DNA of 64,000 bases, taken from Verrucomicrobiota bacterium. GTDB taxonomy: Bacteria; Verrucomicrobiota; Verrucomicrobiia; Limisphaerales; UBA11358. Position numbers and translations under genes: made by a program. Below, one piece after another: positions 37,078 to 48,962 of this stretch. Location of the stretch: contig JAGWNY010000013.1 of the NCBI GenBank assembly GCA_028872915.1, positions 3,550 through 67,549 on the forward strand, given 5' to 3'. A model generated the notes under the pieces. It was not told the origin of the DNA. It did no database searches and saw only the letters and a program-made list of their open reading frames with translations. Numbering within the stretch: the stretch's first letter is position 1; every line of letters starts with the position of its first letter.

Positions 37078-38208
37078 TCAAACCAGCTTCTTGAGCCGGG
37101 TGTCCTGGCCGAGTTTTCGCACCAATTCCTTCACCTTTTGCGCCTGGCTTTTATGCGCGAGCAAAACTGCGTCGTCCGTCTGGGCCAGGATGGCGTCGCG
37201 CAGGCCCACCACGGCAATCAGCGTCCGGTTTTTCGTTCGCGCGTCAAAAATAATATTCCGCGCGGCGTCCACGTGAATGAAATCGCCCACCGCGCAATTG
37301 CCTTCCGCATCCGCTTTCAGATGATGTGCCAGGGCCGTCCACGAACCCAGGTCGTCCCACTCGAATGCCCCGTCGGCCACCACCACGTTTTGCGCGTGCT
37401 CCATCAGCGCATAATCTATCGAAATTTTCCTGATATCCGGATAATCCTTCGCCAGCACCCGCGCCAGCCGGGCCGGCGTGGCCGCCGCCTGAAACCAGCG
37501 CTGGCAGGCGGCGTGCATCTCCGGCTGATGCTTTTGCAGGCCCTCGGCAATCGTCACAAACGACCACACGAACATCCCTGCGTTCCATCGGTAGCCGCCG
37601 CCGTTGACGTATCCCAGCGCCGTTTCGAAGTCCGGCTTTTCCACGAATTGTTCGGCCTTGAAAAAAGCCGTCTTGTATTTCCGGGCGCCTTCAGGCGGAG
37701 GCAATTCCGACCCCACCCGAATGTAACCGTAGCTCGTCGCCGGCTCCGAGGGCTTGATGCCAATGGTCACGATGGCCCGGCCGCGGGATGCCAGGTCAAA
37801 GGCGTCGTTCAACACCTGCTGAAATTTTTTTGCATCCGGAATCACGTGGTCCGCCGGCAGCACCGCCATGACGCCCGTCGTGGACCGCGCGCCCACGAGC
37901 GCCGCGCCCAGCGTCACTGCGGCACACGTATCCCGGCCCGCGGGTTCGGCCACGAGATTGGCGGCGGGAATTTTCGGAAGTTGTCTGCGCACTTCGGGCA
38001 ATTGCGCTTCATTGGTGATCACCAGAATATTTTTCAGCGGCGCCAACGGCGCCACGCGCTCCACGGCTTGCTGTAAAAACGATTTCCCGCCCAGCATCGC
38101 CAGCAACTGCTTCGGCTTTTTCTCGCGGCTCAACGGCCAGAACCGTTCACCCTTGCCTCCGGCCATGATCACGGCGAAACGGTCCCGGTTGTCGGATTTT
38201 ATTTTCAT
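37078..38208 (-). CDS. manC: Mannose-1-phosphate guanylyltransferase (GDP-mannose pyrophosphorylase)
   Basis: 376 aa. AVIMAGGKGERFWPLSR..KPKQ nucleotidyltransferase motif and the layout typical of the ManC/CpsB N-terminal domain. Confidence 0.8.
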   Translation of the reverse strand: MKIKSDNRDRFAVIMAGGKGERFWPLSREKKPKQLLAMLGGKSFLQQAVERVAPLAPLKNILVITNEAQLPEVRRQLPKIPAANLVAEPAGRDTCAAVTLGAALVGARSTTGVMAVLPADHVIPDAKKFQQVLNDAFDLASRGRAIVTIGIKPSEPATSYGYIRVGSELPPPEGARKYKTAFFKAEQFVEKPDFETALGYVNGGGYRWNAGMFVWSFVTIAEGLQKHQPEMHAACQRWFQAAATPARLARVLAKDYPDIRKISIDYALMEHAQNVVVADGAFEWDDLGSWTALAHHLKADAEGNCAVGDFIHVDAARNIIFDARTKNRTLIAVVGLRDAILAQTDDAVLLAHKSQAQKVKELVRKLGQDTRLKKLV

Positions 38209-38257
38209 GGTTTCGTCAGGCGATTATATTTTCAGGCACGAGAGAAGAACAGGCGAA

Positions 38258-39688
38258 ATGAACACCCCAACCGCGCCGCCGGCCATGCACCCAAACGCCG
38301 GTTCACTTCCCCGTTGGCGCCTCCTTTTCCCCTTGGTTTTCGGCCTTTTTCTAGGGCTGGCCTTTTTGAAATTCGGCAATCCGGTCGTCCTGGATGCCAA
38401 CATCCCTGCCCCCCGCTCCGCGACGAGCTTGCTGCATGACGCCTGGCCTGTGCATTGGGCTGATTGGCTTCTTTTGCCGCTGGCCGCCATTGGCGGATTG
38501 TCCATGTTTGCCGTCCGCCCGCGCTGGCCTGCCGGTCGCGCGTTGTGGACGCTGCCGTTGTTATGGTTGATGTGGCAGATCGTTGCCGCGTCCCGTACCG
38601 CTGATGTCACCTTCACCATTCTCGCCATCGCACAATTCCTTGGCTGTGTGGCCTGTTATTTCATCGGTGTCTTTTTCCTCAATCACCGGGCCGCCCTTCA
38701 TGTTCTTTTGATTGGCGTCTTGGCTGGGTTCGCCCTTTGTCTGGCTCGCGCCATAAACCAAAAATTTGAATTCCCCCTCACCCGGCAAATGATGATTTCC
38801 GGCCAGCACTCTCATTGGACCAATCTGCCGCCGGCGTTTGTTCTCCAGATGCGGCGCGACGGCGCCATTATTCGCACCAACGGCGTCGAAGTGGCGAATC
38901 CCGTCCTGCTGAAAAAATTGGGCGAGGGCCGGGTCATGGGCACGCTCGTGTATCCCAATGCTCTCGCGGGTGGTATTCTCCTGCTCTGGCCCCTCTCGCT
39001 CGTCCTGGCTTGCGCCCGAAAGCTGCGTCCAGCCATTCGCGCGATGGCCCTTGCGATCACTGTCGCCCTGGGTGCCTCCGGCCTCCTGTGGAGCGGTTCA
39101 AAAGCCGGCTGGCTCATCGCCCTGGCCATCGGCGGCCTTGGCCTCCTGCGCCTCCAATGGCCGGCGAAACTCAAACTCGCTGCGATTGCCGCCGCAATTG
39201 TCATCGGCCTGGCCGTCTTCGCCGTCCGCTTTCATCATTATTTCGCGCTCGGCGCCACGAGCCTCGCCGCCCGCTTCGATTATTGGCGCGCCGCCCTTCA
39301 GATTACCACCTCACACCCGTGGCTCGGCTGCGGCCCCGGCAGTTTCGAGTGTCTCTATTCCCATCTCAAAGCGCCTGACTGGGAAATGGCGCGGTTGGTC
39401 CACAACGATTACCTCGAACAATTCTCAGACTCCGGAATTCCCGGCGGCCTTTTCTACTGCGCTTGGGTCCTTCTGGCGCTGGCAGCCGCGGCGCGGCGCG
39501 TCTGGAAAAAGGCCGATGCGCTGCCCTTTGCCATCTTCATCGGCGCCCTGGCTTGGTTCGTTCAAGGAGTCCTGGAATTTAGCCTCTATGTCCCGGCGCT
39601 GGCGTGGACCGCTTTTACCTTCCTGGGTGCGCTGCTCGCATTGCCGGTATTGCCAAATTCATTAGACAACGAAATTTCCAATCGCTAG
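38258..39688 (+). CDS. O-antigen ligase (Wzy_C) family membrane protein
   Basis: ATG at 38258; the upstream part of the ORF is antisense to manC. About 11 hydrophobic segments. Wzy_C-like loop [15 protein letters not shown] and [16 protein letters not shown]. Confidence 0.8.
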   Translation: MNTPTAPPAMHPNAGSLPRWRLLFPLVFGLFLGLAFLKFGNPVVLDANIPAPRSATSLLHDAWPVHWADWLLLPLAAIGGLSMFAVRPRWPAGRALWTLPLLWLMWQIVAASRTADVTFTILAIAQFLGCVACYFIGVFFLNHRAALHVLLIGVLAGFALCLARAINQKFEFPLTRQMMISGQHSHWTNLPPAFVLQMRRDGAIIRTNGVEVANPVLLKKLGEGRVMGTLVYPNALAGGILLLWPLSLVLACARKLRPAIRAMALAITVALGASGLLWSGSKAGWLIALAIGGLGLLRLQWPAKLKLAAIAAAIVIGLAVFAVRFHHYFALGATSLAARFDYWRAALQITTSHPWLGCGPGSFECLYSHLKAPDWEMARLVHNDYLEQFSDSGIPGGLFYCAWVLLALAAAARRVWKKADALPFAIFIGALAWFVQGVLEFSLYVPALAWTAFTFLGALLALPVLPNSLDNEISNR

Positions 39689-39698
39689 ACTCCGCCCG

Positions 39699-40154
39699 AT
39701 GAAAGTCCTGTTTCTCAATGGTCCCAACTTAAACATGCTGGGCCGGCGCGAACCGGACATATACGGGACGACCACACTGACTGGCATCGAAGCCGATGTC
39801 AAAAAAGCGGCAAAAACACTCAAAGTGGAAGTGGATTTCCGCCAGTCCAATCTCGAAGGCCAGTTGGTGGACTGGGTCCAACAAGCTGCGGACAGGTTCG
39901 ACGTTATCGTGATCAATGCCGCAGCCTATACCCATACGAGCGTCGCATTGCGCGACGCCATAGCCGCCGTGGAGGTTCCAACGATTGAAATCCATCTTTC
40001 GAATGTTCACGCCCGCGAGAAGTTCAGGCATAAATCGCTCATTGCGCCGGTTTGTTGCGGCCAGATTTCTGGATTTGGCGCAAAATCGTATATTTTGGCA
40101 CTTTATGCCTCCGTTCACGTTAAAGTTGCCTCTAAAACTGCAAAAAAACCATAA
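39699..40154 (+). CDS. aroQ: Type II 3-dehydroquinate dehydratase
   Basis: 151 aa. [54 protein letters not shown], and [15 protein letters not shown]. Confidence 0.95.
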   Translation: MKVLFLNGPNLNMLGRREPDIYGTTTLTGIEADVKKAAKTLKVEVDFRQSNLEGQLVDWVQQAADRFDVIVINAAAYTHTSVALRDAIAAVEVPTIEIHLSNVHAREKFRHKSLIAPVCCGQISGFGAKSYILALYASVHVKVASKTAKKP

Positions 40155-40240
40155 AATTTTATCTTATGAACAAATTTTGTTTTGAGGCTTGACGCGAAGA
40201 GCCTTAACAATTAGCATTTTACAAATTTCTTTTTGGAAGA

Positions 40241-40268
40241 AGCAGAGCCGTATCCGGCGCTGCTTTTT
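40241..40268 (+). terminator. Rho-independent terminator-like hairpin between aroQ and accB
   Basis: agcagagccg-tatc-cggcgctgct forms a 10-bp stem with one A/G mismatch and a 4-nt loop, followed directly by a TTTTT run. Confidence 0.45.
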
Positions 40269-40311
40269 CACTTAAAAAGACAGAATTGAAGTTACTTTAA
40301 CGAAAACGGAC

Positions 40312-40782
40312 GTGGAACTTAAGGACATCAAGGCGATCATTGATTTAATGAAGAAGAACTCCATTACGGAGTTTGAACTTGAACAACAGGATTCGAAGAT
40401 TCGCCTTAAGCGCGGCCTCAATGGCGGCGGACCGGCCGGGTCGGCCGTTAATCCGGTTGAAGAAAGCCCATCCGGTGTGCCGTCTGCCGTGGCGCCTCCC
40501 GTCATCACACCGCCGCCACCGTTGCCCGTGGTCCCTCCCACCCAGGCTGAAATCAAATCTCCGATGATTGGGACATTTTATCGCGCCCCATCCCCTGAAG
40601 CGGCCCCGTATGTTGACATTGGGGCCGAAGTCAATCCCGATACAGTGGTCTGCATTATCGAAGCGATGAAGGTGATGAACGAGATCAAGGCTGAAGTCAA
40701 AGGGAGCATTGTTCAAGTGCTGGTTGAAAATGGGAAACCTGTTGAATTTGGCCAGCCCCTCTTCAGGGTCCGGCCCGTTTGA
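40312..40782 (+). CDS. accB: Acetyl-CoA carboxylase biotin carboxyl carrier protein
   Basis: GTG start. (M)[23 protein letters not shown], a Pro/Ala linker, and the biotinyl-lysine motif EAMKVMNEI. Confidence 0.9.
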   Translation: MELKDIKAIIDLMKKNSITEFELEQQDSKIRLKRGLNGGGPAGSAVNPVEESPSGVPSAVAPPVITPPPPLPVVPPTQAEIKSPMIGTFYRAPSPEAAPYVDIGAEVNPDTVVCIIEAMKVMNEIKAEVKGSIVQVLVENGKPVEFGQPLFRVRPV

Positions 40783-40792
40783 AGCGACGAAA

Positions 40793-42175
40793 ATGTTTGA
40801 AAAGATCCTGGTTGCCAATCGCGGAGAGATTGCCGTGCGCATCATTCGGGCCTGCAAGGAGTTGAACGTGCGGACGGTCGCGGTTTATTCGGAGGCCGAC
40901 GCCAACTCGATGCACGTGCAACTGGCGGACGAGGCCATCTGCATTGGCACGGCGCCGGCCTCGGACAGCTACCTGAGGATTGACCGCATCATCAGCGCCG
41001 CAGAAATCACGGACGTGGATGCGATTCATCCCGGTTACGGGTTTCTGTCTGAAAATCCGCATTTCGTGGAAGTCTGTGAGAGCTGCAATATTCGGTTCAT
41101 CGGTCCCAGCCCGCGGGCGATGACGGCGCTTCACGACAAGGCGGTCAGCCGCACGCTTGCAAAAAAAGCGGGTGTGGAAACGCCGCCCGGCTCCGAAGGC
41201 GTTGTTGAAAACGAAAAGGACGCGCGTGAGATTGCCAAACGCATCGGTTATCCCGTCATGATCAAGGCGGTGGCCGGCGGGGGCGGGCGTGGGATGCGTG
41301 TGGCCCACAACGATCCTTCCCTCATTAAGGGCTATCACACCGCCCGTTCCGAAGCTGAGAAAGCCTTTGGCAATTCCAATGTTTACATTGAAAAATTCAT
41401 CGAAAATCCCCATCACATTGAAATCCAGATCCTTGGCGACCACAAGGGGCGTATCATCCATCTGGGCGAACGAGATTGTTCGGTGCAGCGCCGCAATCAA
41501 AAGTTGATTGAAGAGTCGCCCTCCCCCCTCCTGGAAAACAAATTCCGCAAATTGCGGGATAAAATCGGGCGCGCTGCGGTGAAAATCGCGGAAGCGGCTC
41601 GGTACACCAACGCCGGCACCGTGGAATTCATTGTGGACAACAATGGCCATTTTTATTTTCTCGAAGTCAACAAACGCATCCAGGTTGAGCATCCCGTGAC
41701 CGAGGAAGTCACGGGCATTGACCTGGTCCGCTATCAAATCCTTCTGGCCTCTGGCGAGCCTCTTCAACATTCGCAAAGTGACATCCAGATCAAGGGCCAT
41801 GCCATCGAGTGCCGCATCAATGCCGAAGACCCTTTTGATGATTTCCGACCCAGCCCGGGCCGCATCGAAATGTTTTACCAGCCCGGCGGCCGCAACGTGC
41901 GTGTGGATACTCATGCCTATGCCGGCTACACGATTCCCCCCAGCTACGATTCCATGATTGGCAAGCTCGTTGTCGCCGGCAAAGACCGCCGCGACGCCAT
42001 TGACCGGATGAACCGCGCCTTGTCCGAATTCATGATCACCGGCATCAAAACCACCATCTCCTTCCAGCAAGCCGTCATGCAGGACCCGAATTTCCGCCGC
42101 GGCGTTTATTCCACATCATTCGTCGAGCATCTCCTGGGCGGCGCCCGCCGCGAACTCATTGAAGAAAAAACCTGA
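40793..42175 (+). CDS. accC: Acetyl-CoA carboxylase biotin carboxylase subunit
   Basis: [21 protein letters not shown]..., [20 protein letters not shown], and [17 protein letters not shown] at 40793; the ORF-track start at 40709 overlaps accB. Confidence 0.95.
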   Translation: MFEKILVANRGEIAVRIIRACKELNVRTVAVYSEADANSMHVQLADEAICIGTAPASDSYLRIDRIISAAEITDVDAIHPGYGFLSENPHFVEVCESCNIRFIGPSPRAMTALHDKAVSRTLAKKAGVETPPGSEGVVENEKDAREIAKRIGYPVMIKAVAGGGGRGMRVAHNDPSLIKGYHTARSEAEKAFGNSNVYIEKFIENPHHIEIQILGDHKGRIIHLGERDCSVQRRNQKLIEESPSPLLENKFRKLRDKIGRAAVKIAEAARYTNAGTVEFIVDNNGHFYFLEVNKRIQVEHPVTEEVTGIDLVRYQILLASGEPLQHSQSDIQIKGHAIECRINAEDPFDDFRPSPGRIEMFYQPGGRNVRVDTHAYAGYTIPPSYDSMIGKLVVAGKDRRDAIDRMNRALSEFMITGIKTTISFQQAVMQDPNFRRGVYSTSFVEHLLGGARRELIEEKT

Positions 42176-42190
42176 CCGTCCCGCGCCGTT

Positions 42191-44818
42191 TTATTTTCCC
42201 TGTTTCCTGAAGATTAGCCCGTCTCCGTCCGCGGTGACCTTGATCCGGTCGCCCGGCTGAAATTCGCCCTCCAGCAGCCGCCGCGACAGCGGATTGAGTA
42301 ATTGTTCCTGAACGGCCCGTTTGAGCGGGCGCGCGCCAAACTGCGGATCATACCCCTCCCGCGCCAGCATCTCCTTTGCGGTGGCATCCAATTCCAAGGC
42401 CAGATTTTGCTGCCGGAGCCGTTTCTCCAACCGGGTGAGCTGAATGTCCACAATCCGGGACAACTCCGATTCGCCGAGGCTGCGGAAGATGATGATGTCA
42501 TCCACCCGATTCAAAAATTCCGGGCGGAAATGTCTCTTTAATTCAGCCAACACCTGCTGTTCGAGTTCGGCGTCCGCGCCGGCCCTCTTTTCATCGCCGC
42601 GGCGTTTTCTTTCAAACGATTCGTGAATCAGCGGCGAACCGATGTTGCTGGTCATGATGACAATGGTGTTTTTGAAATCCACCGTCCGGCCCTGGCCGTC
42701 CGTGAGCCGGCCATCGTCCAGCATTTGAAGCAAAACGTTGAAGACATCGTGGTGCGCCTTCTCAATCTCATCGAACAACACCACTGAGTACGGCCGCCGC
42801 CGCACCGCCTCGCTCAACTGCCCGCCCTCTTCATAACCCACGTATCCCGGCGGCGCGCCAATCAACCGGGCCACCGCATGCTTTTCCATGTATTCACTCA
42901 TGTCAATGCGCACCATCGCATTTTCGTCGTCAAAGAGGAATTCGGCCAGCGCCCTGGCGGTTTCGGTCTTGCCAACGCCGGTGGGTCCCAGAAAAATAAA
43001 GGAACCGATGGGGCGGTTCGGGTCCTGCAACCCGCTCCGCGCGCGCCGCACGGCATCCGACACGGCGCCGATGGCCGCTTTTTGCCCCACGACACGCTCC
43101 GCGAGCCGCTCTTCCATTTTCACCAGCTTCTGCCGTTCGCCTTCCAGCATCCGCGAAACCGGAATGTGGGTCCAGGACGACACCACCTTGGCGATGTCCT
43201 CGCTGGTCACCTCCTGCCGCAGCAGGGCGGGCTGCGTTTGCCGGCCGCCTTGGGCCGGGGCCGTCTGCTCCACTTTTGCCAGTTTCTTTTCCAACTCCGG
43301 AATTTTTCCGTATTGAATTTCCGCCGCCTTGCTCAAATCACCCCGGCGCCGGGCCTGTTCGAGTTCGATACGCGCGCGTTCCAGTTGCGATTGCACGATG
43401 CTCACCGCGTTGACCGCCGTCTTTTCATTCTGCCATTGGGCGGTGAGCGCCCGGGATTTTTCCTTCAAATTCGCAATGTCGCCGTCCAGCAGTTTCAATC
43501 GTTCGCGGCTCGTCGCGTCCTTTTCCTTGGCCAGCGACGTGCGCTCGATCTCCGCCTGCAAAATCCTGCGATCCAACTGGTCGAGTTCCGTCGGCTTGGA
43601 ATCCAGTTCCATCTTGATGCGCGACGCCGCCTCGTCCACCAGGTCAATCGCCTTGTCCGGCAGAAACCGGTCCGTAATGTAACGATGCGACAACGTGGCC
43701 GCCGCCACCAGCGCCGAATCCTGGATGCGGACGCCGTGATGGACTTCGTACCGCTCCTTGAGGCCGCGCAAAATCGCAATCGTATCCTCGACGCCCGGTT
43801 CGGCCACGATGACGGGCTGGAAACGGCGTTCCAGCGCCGGGTCCTTCTCAATGTGCTTGCGGTATTCTTCCAGTGTTGTTGCCCCGACGCATCGCAATTC
43901 GCCCCTCGCCAGTTGCGGTTTCATGATGTTTGCGGCGTCGGTTGCGCCTTCCGCCGCCCCCGCGCCCACGATCGTATGCAATTCGTCAATGAATAAAATG
44001 ATCCGGCCTTCGCTCGACGTGATTTCCTTCAAAAACGCCTTTAGCCGGTCTTCAAATTCACCGCGGTATTTCGCGCCGGCGATCATCGCGCTCAGATCCA
44101 TCGCCACAAGTTGTTTGTTCTTCAGCGATTCCGGCACGTCGCCGCTCACAATCCGACGCGCCAAACCCTCCGCTATCGCTGTCTTGCCCACGCCCGGCTC
44201 TCCAATCAGCACCGGATTGTTTTTCGTCCGCCGCGTCAGCACCTGCATCACGCGCCGAATTTCTTCGTCCCGGCCAATCACCGGGTCAATTTTGCCCTGC
44301 CGCGCCAGGGCTGTCAGGTCGCGTCCGTATTTTTCCAGCGCCTGGAATTTGTCTTCGGGATTCGGGTCCGTCACGCGCTGATTGCCCCGCAAGTCCGCCA
44401 GGACCTTGAGCACGGCGTCCCGCTTGAGACCGTGTTTGGCGAAGATCTTCTTCAACGTCGCGCCGCCCCCTTCCATCAAGCCCAGCCACAGGTGTTCGGC
44501 GCTCACGTAATCATCCTTCAGGCGCGTTGCCTCCGACTGCGCCGCTTCCAGCGCCTGTTTCAGGTCGTTGCCCGCATACGCTTCGGTCGCGCCTTTGACC
44601 TTGTGCCGTCGTGCCAATTCCGATTCCACGTCCGGCTTGAGCCGCGACACGGGAGTTCCACATCGCGCCAGCAAATCCGCCATCAGGCTGCCTTCCTGCC
44701 CCATCAGCGCCAGCGCCAGATGCTCTCCGTCAATTTCCTGATGGGAATATTCACGCGCAATGCGCTGCGCTTCTTGCAGGGCTTCCTGCGATTTCAAAGT
44801 CAACTTTTCCGGCTGCAT
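42191..44818 (-). CDS. clpB: ATP-dependent chaperone ClpB
   Basis: Start [21 protein letters not shown]. Two AAA+ modules ([10 protein letters not shown] and [11 protein letters not shown] Walker A motifs), a long middle coiled coil, and the ClpB C-terminal D2-small domain. Confidence 0.95.
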   Translation of the reverse strand: MQPEKLTLKSQEALQEAQRIAREYSHQEIDGEHLALALMGQEGSLMADLLARCGTPVSRLKPDVESELARRHKVKGATEAYAGNDLKQALEAAQSEATRLKDDYVSAEHLWLGLMEGGGATLKKIFAKHGLKRDAVLKVLADLRGNQRVTDPNPEDKFQALEKYGRDLTALARQGKIDPVIGRDEEIRRVMQVLTRRTKNNPVLIGEPGVGKTAIAEGLARRIVSGDVPESLKNKQLVAMDLSAMIAGAKYRGEFEDRLKAFLKEITSSEGRIILFIDELHTIVGAGAAEGATDAANIMKPQLARGELRCVGATTLEEYRKHIEKDPALERRFQPVIVAEPGVEDTIAILRGLKERYEVHHGVRIQDSALVAAATLSHRYITDRFLPDKAIDLVDEAASRIKMELDSKPTELDQLDRRILQAEIERTSLAKEKDATSRERLKLLDGDIANLKEKSRALTAQWQNEKTAVNAVSIVQSQLERARIELEQARRRGDLSKAAEIQYGKIPELEKKLAKVEQTAPAQGGRQTQPALLRQEVTSEDIAKVVSSWTHIPVSRMLEGERQKLVKMEERLAERVVGQKAAIGAVSDAVRRARSGLQDPNRPIGSFIFLGPTGVGKTETARALAEFLFDDENAMVRIDMSEYMEKHAVARLIGAPPGYVGYEEGGQLSEAVRRRPYSVVLFDEIEKAHHDVFNVLLQMLDDGRLTDGQGRTVDFKNTIVIMTSNIGSPLIHESFERKRRGDEKRAGADAELEQQVLAELKRHFRPEFLNRVDDIIIFRSLGESELSRIVDIQLTRLEKRLRQQNLALELDATAKEMLAREGYDPQFGARPLKRAVQEQLLNPLSRRLLEGEFQPGDRIKVTADGDGLIFRKQGK

Positions 44819-44973
44819 AAGGTCCAATTTCAGCTTCCGAGGCTGTTCGTCAAGCGTTTCATCAGGCGGCCCGGCAAAAGACCCGTCGCTTGACGCCTCC
44901 CGGCAATTTTCCACCGTCCCATCCGCGCGCGTTTACAAAGACATCCTGGCACGGTCTTCCGCGAAAACGGGCA

Positions 44974-45549
44974 TTAAAGCGGGCACACGCCGTAACAAAG
45001 CCAGTATCCCGGCAACTTGATGAATTCCAAATAAATCCGCCGCGCCACCGACCGGGTCCAATCCTTGCGCCGAAAGTCAAAATACGAGGGGCGCGAATAA
45101 AAGCGGATGCCCCGCCCGTAATGGCGGAAACATGCCAATGCCCGGCGCGAATGATACCACGACGTCACGATCACCGCGCTACGGATTCCCTCGCGTCGCA
45201 GCAGTGGCACTGTGAACTCTGCGTTTTCGCGGGTCGTGCGCGAACGCGCCTCCAATTCAATCGCCGGCGACGGCACCCCGTTTTCCAGCAAAATCCGCCG
45301 GTTCAGCCCCGCGTCGCCGCGACCGCTTACGATCACCCGCGGCGCGCACTTTTCCCTGAAAAGCAACGACGCGTATTCCGGCCGGTCCCATCCCCCGCCC
45401 AGCACAATCATCGCCTGCGCGGTCCGCGGTCCGCTGTCCACGCAGAGAAAGTGTTGGGGAAAGAAAACGGCGTCCAGCCCTGTGACCAAACACAGTACCG
45501 CCGCCACCAGCCCGATCCGCCTCATCCATTTTCTTTTTCCGACGCTCAT
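44974..45549 (-). CDS. YdcF/ElyC-like DUF218 protein
   Basis: 191 aa. N-terminal TM segment (IGLVAAVLCLVTGL), then MIVLGGGWDR...VIVSG and AVIVTSWYHSRRA, typical of DUF218. Confidence 0.75.
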   Translation of the reverse strand: MSVGKRKWMRRIGLVAAVLCLVTGLDAVFFPQHFLCVDSGPRTAQAMIVLGGGWDRPEYASLLFREKCAPRVIVSGRGDAGLNRRILLENGVPSPAIELEARSRTTRENAEFTVPLLRREGIRSAVIVTSWYHSRRALACFRHYGRGIRFYSRPSYFDFRRKDWTRSVARRIYLEFIKLPGYWLCYGVCPL

Positions 45550-45640
45550 GGGTTTGCCTCCATCCGCGGCCGTCCGCCGGCGCCGCCCTCGCTGAATTTT
45601 TTCATTTGCATTATCCGGCTGAGCCTTCCGCCTTCCGCCT

Positions 45641-47707
45641 TCAGCGCGCTTTGCGCATGCCCGTCGCGTCCAACTCCGCCGACGTCAGCGGCGGCTTGAT
45701 CCGCACGGTCATGGCCATCCAATCCACCGTCACGGTTGTCCCGTCTGCGAACGTCGTCCGCTCGCGGCTCCGTTGCTTGTTTAAAAACTCGTGGTTGGTC
45801 ATCGCCAGCAGCCCCACGCGACCATTCAACGCGGCCATCTCCCGATTCAATTCATACGCCTTTGCGCCAATCCCCTTCATGTTCACCGGCACTTGCGGCA
45901 CGCCCCCGTACAAAATTCCCCGCATCAAGTCCTTCGTTCCTCCCTTGCCCTGAGCAAAGGACACCAGCACCGCGTCATGATAAACCAGTTGATACAGGGG
46001 CACCGGTATCTGTTTGCCCACGCCGCCGGATTGATTCACCGTGTCCGCAAACGGAATCACCCAGTCGCTTCCCGCCTCCGTTGCCGTGAACCCCAGGTTG
46101 TTCGCCGCCCAATACAGCAGCTTCGCTTCACCCCGCATGGCGTCGCTCCGCGTTGTCGGGTGTTCCGGGTTGAAATCCTGGTCCGGCGGCACGTAACCAA
46201 TCACATCAATATAAATTCCGTCCGGGTGTATGCCGTGCCTGAATATCAGCCCGTAATTCTTTTCCAGGTGCCCAAGCTGAAATCGCGCGTTCAAATAACT
46301 CTGCGGCCCGCCGTCCCAATGCCGCATGAACGGCGCCCGCCCCTCCTTCCAATCTCCAAACCGCGATCCGGCAAACGCCGTCGCCGGCCCGTTCGTCGTC
46401 TCCTCGTGAATCGCAAAGTCCAGGTTAAAGCTCGGCGCGTCAGTGTAATAATCCCGGTATTGATCGTGAAAGCCGAATGGATAGCCCAGTTGTTTGCACG
46501 TCGCGGCCAGCCGCTTCATACCCGCCCAACCTCCCGCCGCTTCGGCCGGCGGCAATGGGTCTGGATGCTGCCGGTCATACCCCAGGCGCGCCCAGCCCGA
46601 AACAATCACAATGGCGTGTTCCATTCCCGCCGCCTTCATCGCCCGCAAGTCCGCCGCCGCCTGGTCAAATGTCGTCAGCCGATAATGGTTCTTCGGATCG
46701 TACCGGTCGCTGTTTGTCGTCTGATTGAATAAAATCCCGATGCGGGCCTGCGGCGTCCCAATCAGCCTGGCCACCACCGGGTCCTTGGCGATCTTTTCCC
46801 GCAGCGAAACAAACAATCCCCGGTTCTTGACATATTCCCGGTAACGCTTTGCCATCGTTACATAATTTCCCTCCTTGAAGAAGCACATCCGGCACGCCCG
46901 CATGTATCGAAATCTCCCCAGGCAATCCCGCCATCGCGGCCCTATCACCGTCGGCCCTCCCGGCGGATGCGAAAACTGATATGCGGCGTCATCCGGCGTC
47001 TCCACAATCACCATCATGCCCGCCCTGCCCTTTTCAAATCCCCACCACGACATCGCCCAATCCTCGATTACGTGGCTTTGCAACACGCTATGGTCTTTCG
47101 CACTGCCATTCCGGATCGGCAACACCCGTTTTGGCCAGTTGCGCGGCAGCAAATCGCCCTTGTTATTGCTCAGCACGGTGTAATCCACCTTGCTTGCGTC
47201 CACCGCCTCCGGCCATTGCAATTGCCAAAGCGCCGCTTGTCCCTCCGTGGCTGCCGTGTCAAACACCAACTCCTCATTCGCCCCTTGCAAACAAACCGTC
47301 AAGTAAAGCGTCAAATCCAGGTCCTGCCCCTCATGCTGAAAACCGCTCAACGTCACCTTTACCCCCGTCTTGAAGCCGGTGTCATAAGGCTGTATCGAAA
47401 TATCCCGCGCGTCCGCCAGCGCCATGTGAAATTTCCGCCCATGAAATTTCACGATCATGTCGTTTGTTCCCGATGGAAACAACCTCCAGTCCACACCCTG
47501 GGCGTGAATGTCGAGCGCCAAAGTCCTGGCATCAAGCCTCACCACCTGTTTTTGGCCTGCAATCGTCCACGTGCCGCCACTCTCCGACACCGCCACCTGC
47601 GGCGCGCCCCAATCCGCCCTCGAGAGGGCCGCCCAAGCCGGCGGCGAAAAGAAAAAAACGCAAACAATAAAAAAAACCGCCCCCGGCAACATCAAGATAG
47701 TTTTCAT
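45641..47707 (-). CDS. Secreted putative glycoside hydrolase (TIM-barrel-like; family not resolved)
   Basis: 688 aa with signal peptide MKTILMLPGAVFFIVCVFFFSPPAWA. A central region (AIVIVSGW...GYD, GFHDQYRDYY, GIYIDVIGYV, PLYQLVYHD) resembles uncharacterised DUF5696/GH-like families. The assignment is tentative. Confidence 0.55.
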   Translation of the reverse strand: MKTILMLPGAVFFIVCVFFFSPPAWAALSRADWGAPQVAVSESGGTWTIAGQKQVVRLDARTLALDIHAQGVDWRLFPSGTNDMIVKFHGRKFHMALADARDISIQPYDTGFKTGVKVTLSGFQHEGQDLDLTLYLTVCLQGANEELVFDTAATEGQAALWQLQWPEAVDASKVDYTVLSNNKGDLLPRNWPKRVLPIRNGSAKDHSVLQSHVIEDWAMSWWGFEKGRAGMMVIVETPDDAAYQFSHPPGGPTVIGPRWRDCLGRFRYMRACRMCFFKEGNYVTMAKRYREYVKNRGLFVSLREKIAKDPVVARLIGTPQARIGILFNQTTNSDRYDPKNHYRLTTFDQAAADLRAMKAAGMEHAIVIVSGWARLGYDRQHPDPLPPAEAAGGWAGMKRLAATCKQLGYPFGFHDQYRDYYTDAPSFNLDFAIHEETTNGPATAFAGSRFGDWKEGRAPFMRHWDGGPQSYLNARFQLGHLEKNYGLIFRHGIHPDGIYIDVIGYVPPDQDFNPEHPTTRSDAMRGEAKLLYWAANNLGFTATEAGSDWVIPFADTVNQSGGVGKQIPVPLYQLVYHDAVLVSFAQGKGGTKDLMRGILYGGVPQVPVNMKGIGAKAYELNREMAALNGRVGLLAMTNHEFLNKQRSRERTTFADGTTVTVDWMAMTVRIKPPLTSAELDATGMRKAR

Positions 47708-47869
47708 CGCTCCAGTGTGCGAAAACCGCCTTCAAAAGCAAACTTATCCAAAATTGACACAAATGCCAAAGGCTGAAGGTTGAAGTGCGAAAGAAACAGC
47801 CGCAAAAGCACGGAAAGAATGCAAAGACAGGATGAACGGGATGAACAGGATGGGGAAAGGGATTCCGCC

Positions 47870-48847
47870 TCAAAACCCATCAAAAACACGGTCAAAGGTC
47901 CACGGCCCTCCGTCGCCGTTTTTCGTTCCAGCGTCATCGTTAATGCACCAAAAATGCAGCGAACATACCCACGGCGTGCGGTCCGCAAAAGCCCGGAGGG
48001 TCCTGGCATCGGCCAGCGTAAACACCTCGTCCTTGGGGCCATTCCGGCCCAGGCACGGGCAAAGCCCTATCCGGATCCGGGGATCAATCTTCTGAATTTG
48101 CCGATGAGCCGTTTCGGCCGATTCAATGCCCAATTCCGCCTCCGATTTTCCCTTCTTGATAAATTCCTTTCCGAAATACATCACCATCAGGTCGGCCGAA
48201 TGCACGTTCACACCCTTCGCCCGTGCGTCCGCGAGCAACTGCCGCGAATCCGCCGAAATGCCGTTCGGGTCCACCGGCAATGTATAAGAAATGATCAGGC
48301 CTGGATGACGCCGCTGCAGCCATGCGAGCGCCGAATTACGCCGCTCATTGGCCGCCCTGTTCTCCAAATTCCGGCCTTCAATGTCGAAATCCAGCCACGT
48401 AAAATGATAGCGGTCCACCACCGACTCATATTCTCTCTCCAACGTCCGGGCGTTCATTTGCACCACGGCCGGCTCATCGCCCGCCTCGCCGCCAAACGAC
48501 ACGATCACGTTCCCCCCCAGCCGCCGGATTTTGCCGATTTGTTCCGAGTAAAAATTTTGAGACATGGGAATCCGCCCGTCCCAACACGGTTTTCCGGATT
48601 TATCGGCGATGATGAAAGCCAGCGTATAAAACTTCTGGCCGCAGGCCTCCTCGCAATCCGTCATCCTGAAATGATCGCCGTAGCCCACGTACATATACGG
48701 CGCAAACACCCGTGCCGGCCATTTACCCTCCCCGCCTGCCGCGCTTCCATCCGTCCGGCATCCCGCCAGCACGAACAAGGCAAACGCCATCAAGCCGAGC
48801 CGTTGAAGCCACGATTTGGTATTTGGGAAAAGAAACGTCTGGTACAT
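47870..48847 (-). CDS. GH18-like (chitinase / endo-beta-N-acetylglucosaminidase-like) lipoprotein
   Basis: Preferred start MYQTF..., with lipobox LFVLAGC. YTLAFIIAD, SFGGEAG, and the GH18 catalytic-type motif WLDFDIEG (DxxDxDxE). Confidence 0.7.
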   Translation of the reverse strand: MYQTFLFPNTKSWLQRLGLMAFALFVLAGCRTDGSAAGGEGKWPARVFAPYMYVGYGDHFRMTDCEEACGQKFYTLAFIIADKSGKPCWDGRIPMSQNFYSEQIGKIRRLGGNVIVSFGGEAGDEPAVVQMNARTLEREYESVVDRYHFTWLDFDIEGRNLENRAANERRNSALAWLQRRHPGLIISYTLPVDPNGISADSRQLLADARAKGVNVHSADLMVMYFGKEFIKKGKSEAELGIESAETAHRQIQKIDPRIRIGLCPCLGRNGPKDEVFTLADARTLRAFADRTPWVCSLHFWCINDDAGTKNGDGGPWTFDRVFDGF

Positions 48848-48962
48848 ACCGCGCCGCATTAAACAGAAAGCCGCGGCAAATGCCAATCCCGTCATTTCAA
48901 TAAAAGGATGCGAATCGTCACACAAAGAGATAGGGTCACAAGGCAAAAAATGAAAAGGAGCC

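Noticed and set aside
37868-38257. N-terminal extension of the O-antigen-ligase ORF
   Set aside because: It is antisense to manC, and the first hydrophobic segments follow the ATG at 38258.
40763-43996. Antisense ORFs opposite accC (40763-42070) and clpB (42878-43996)
   Set aside because: The reasoning is the same as for the other antisense ORFs. They lie opposite unambiguous conserved genes and have no motifs of their own.
47830-47856. ggatgaac(n)ggatgaac(n)ggatgggg 9-nt periodic repeat (minus-strand 'HPVHPVHPV')
   Set aside because: It is short, lies in the intergenic promoter region between two glycosidase genes, and the ORFs covering it are low-complexity. It is most likely slippage-type simple sequence without a separate function.
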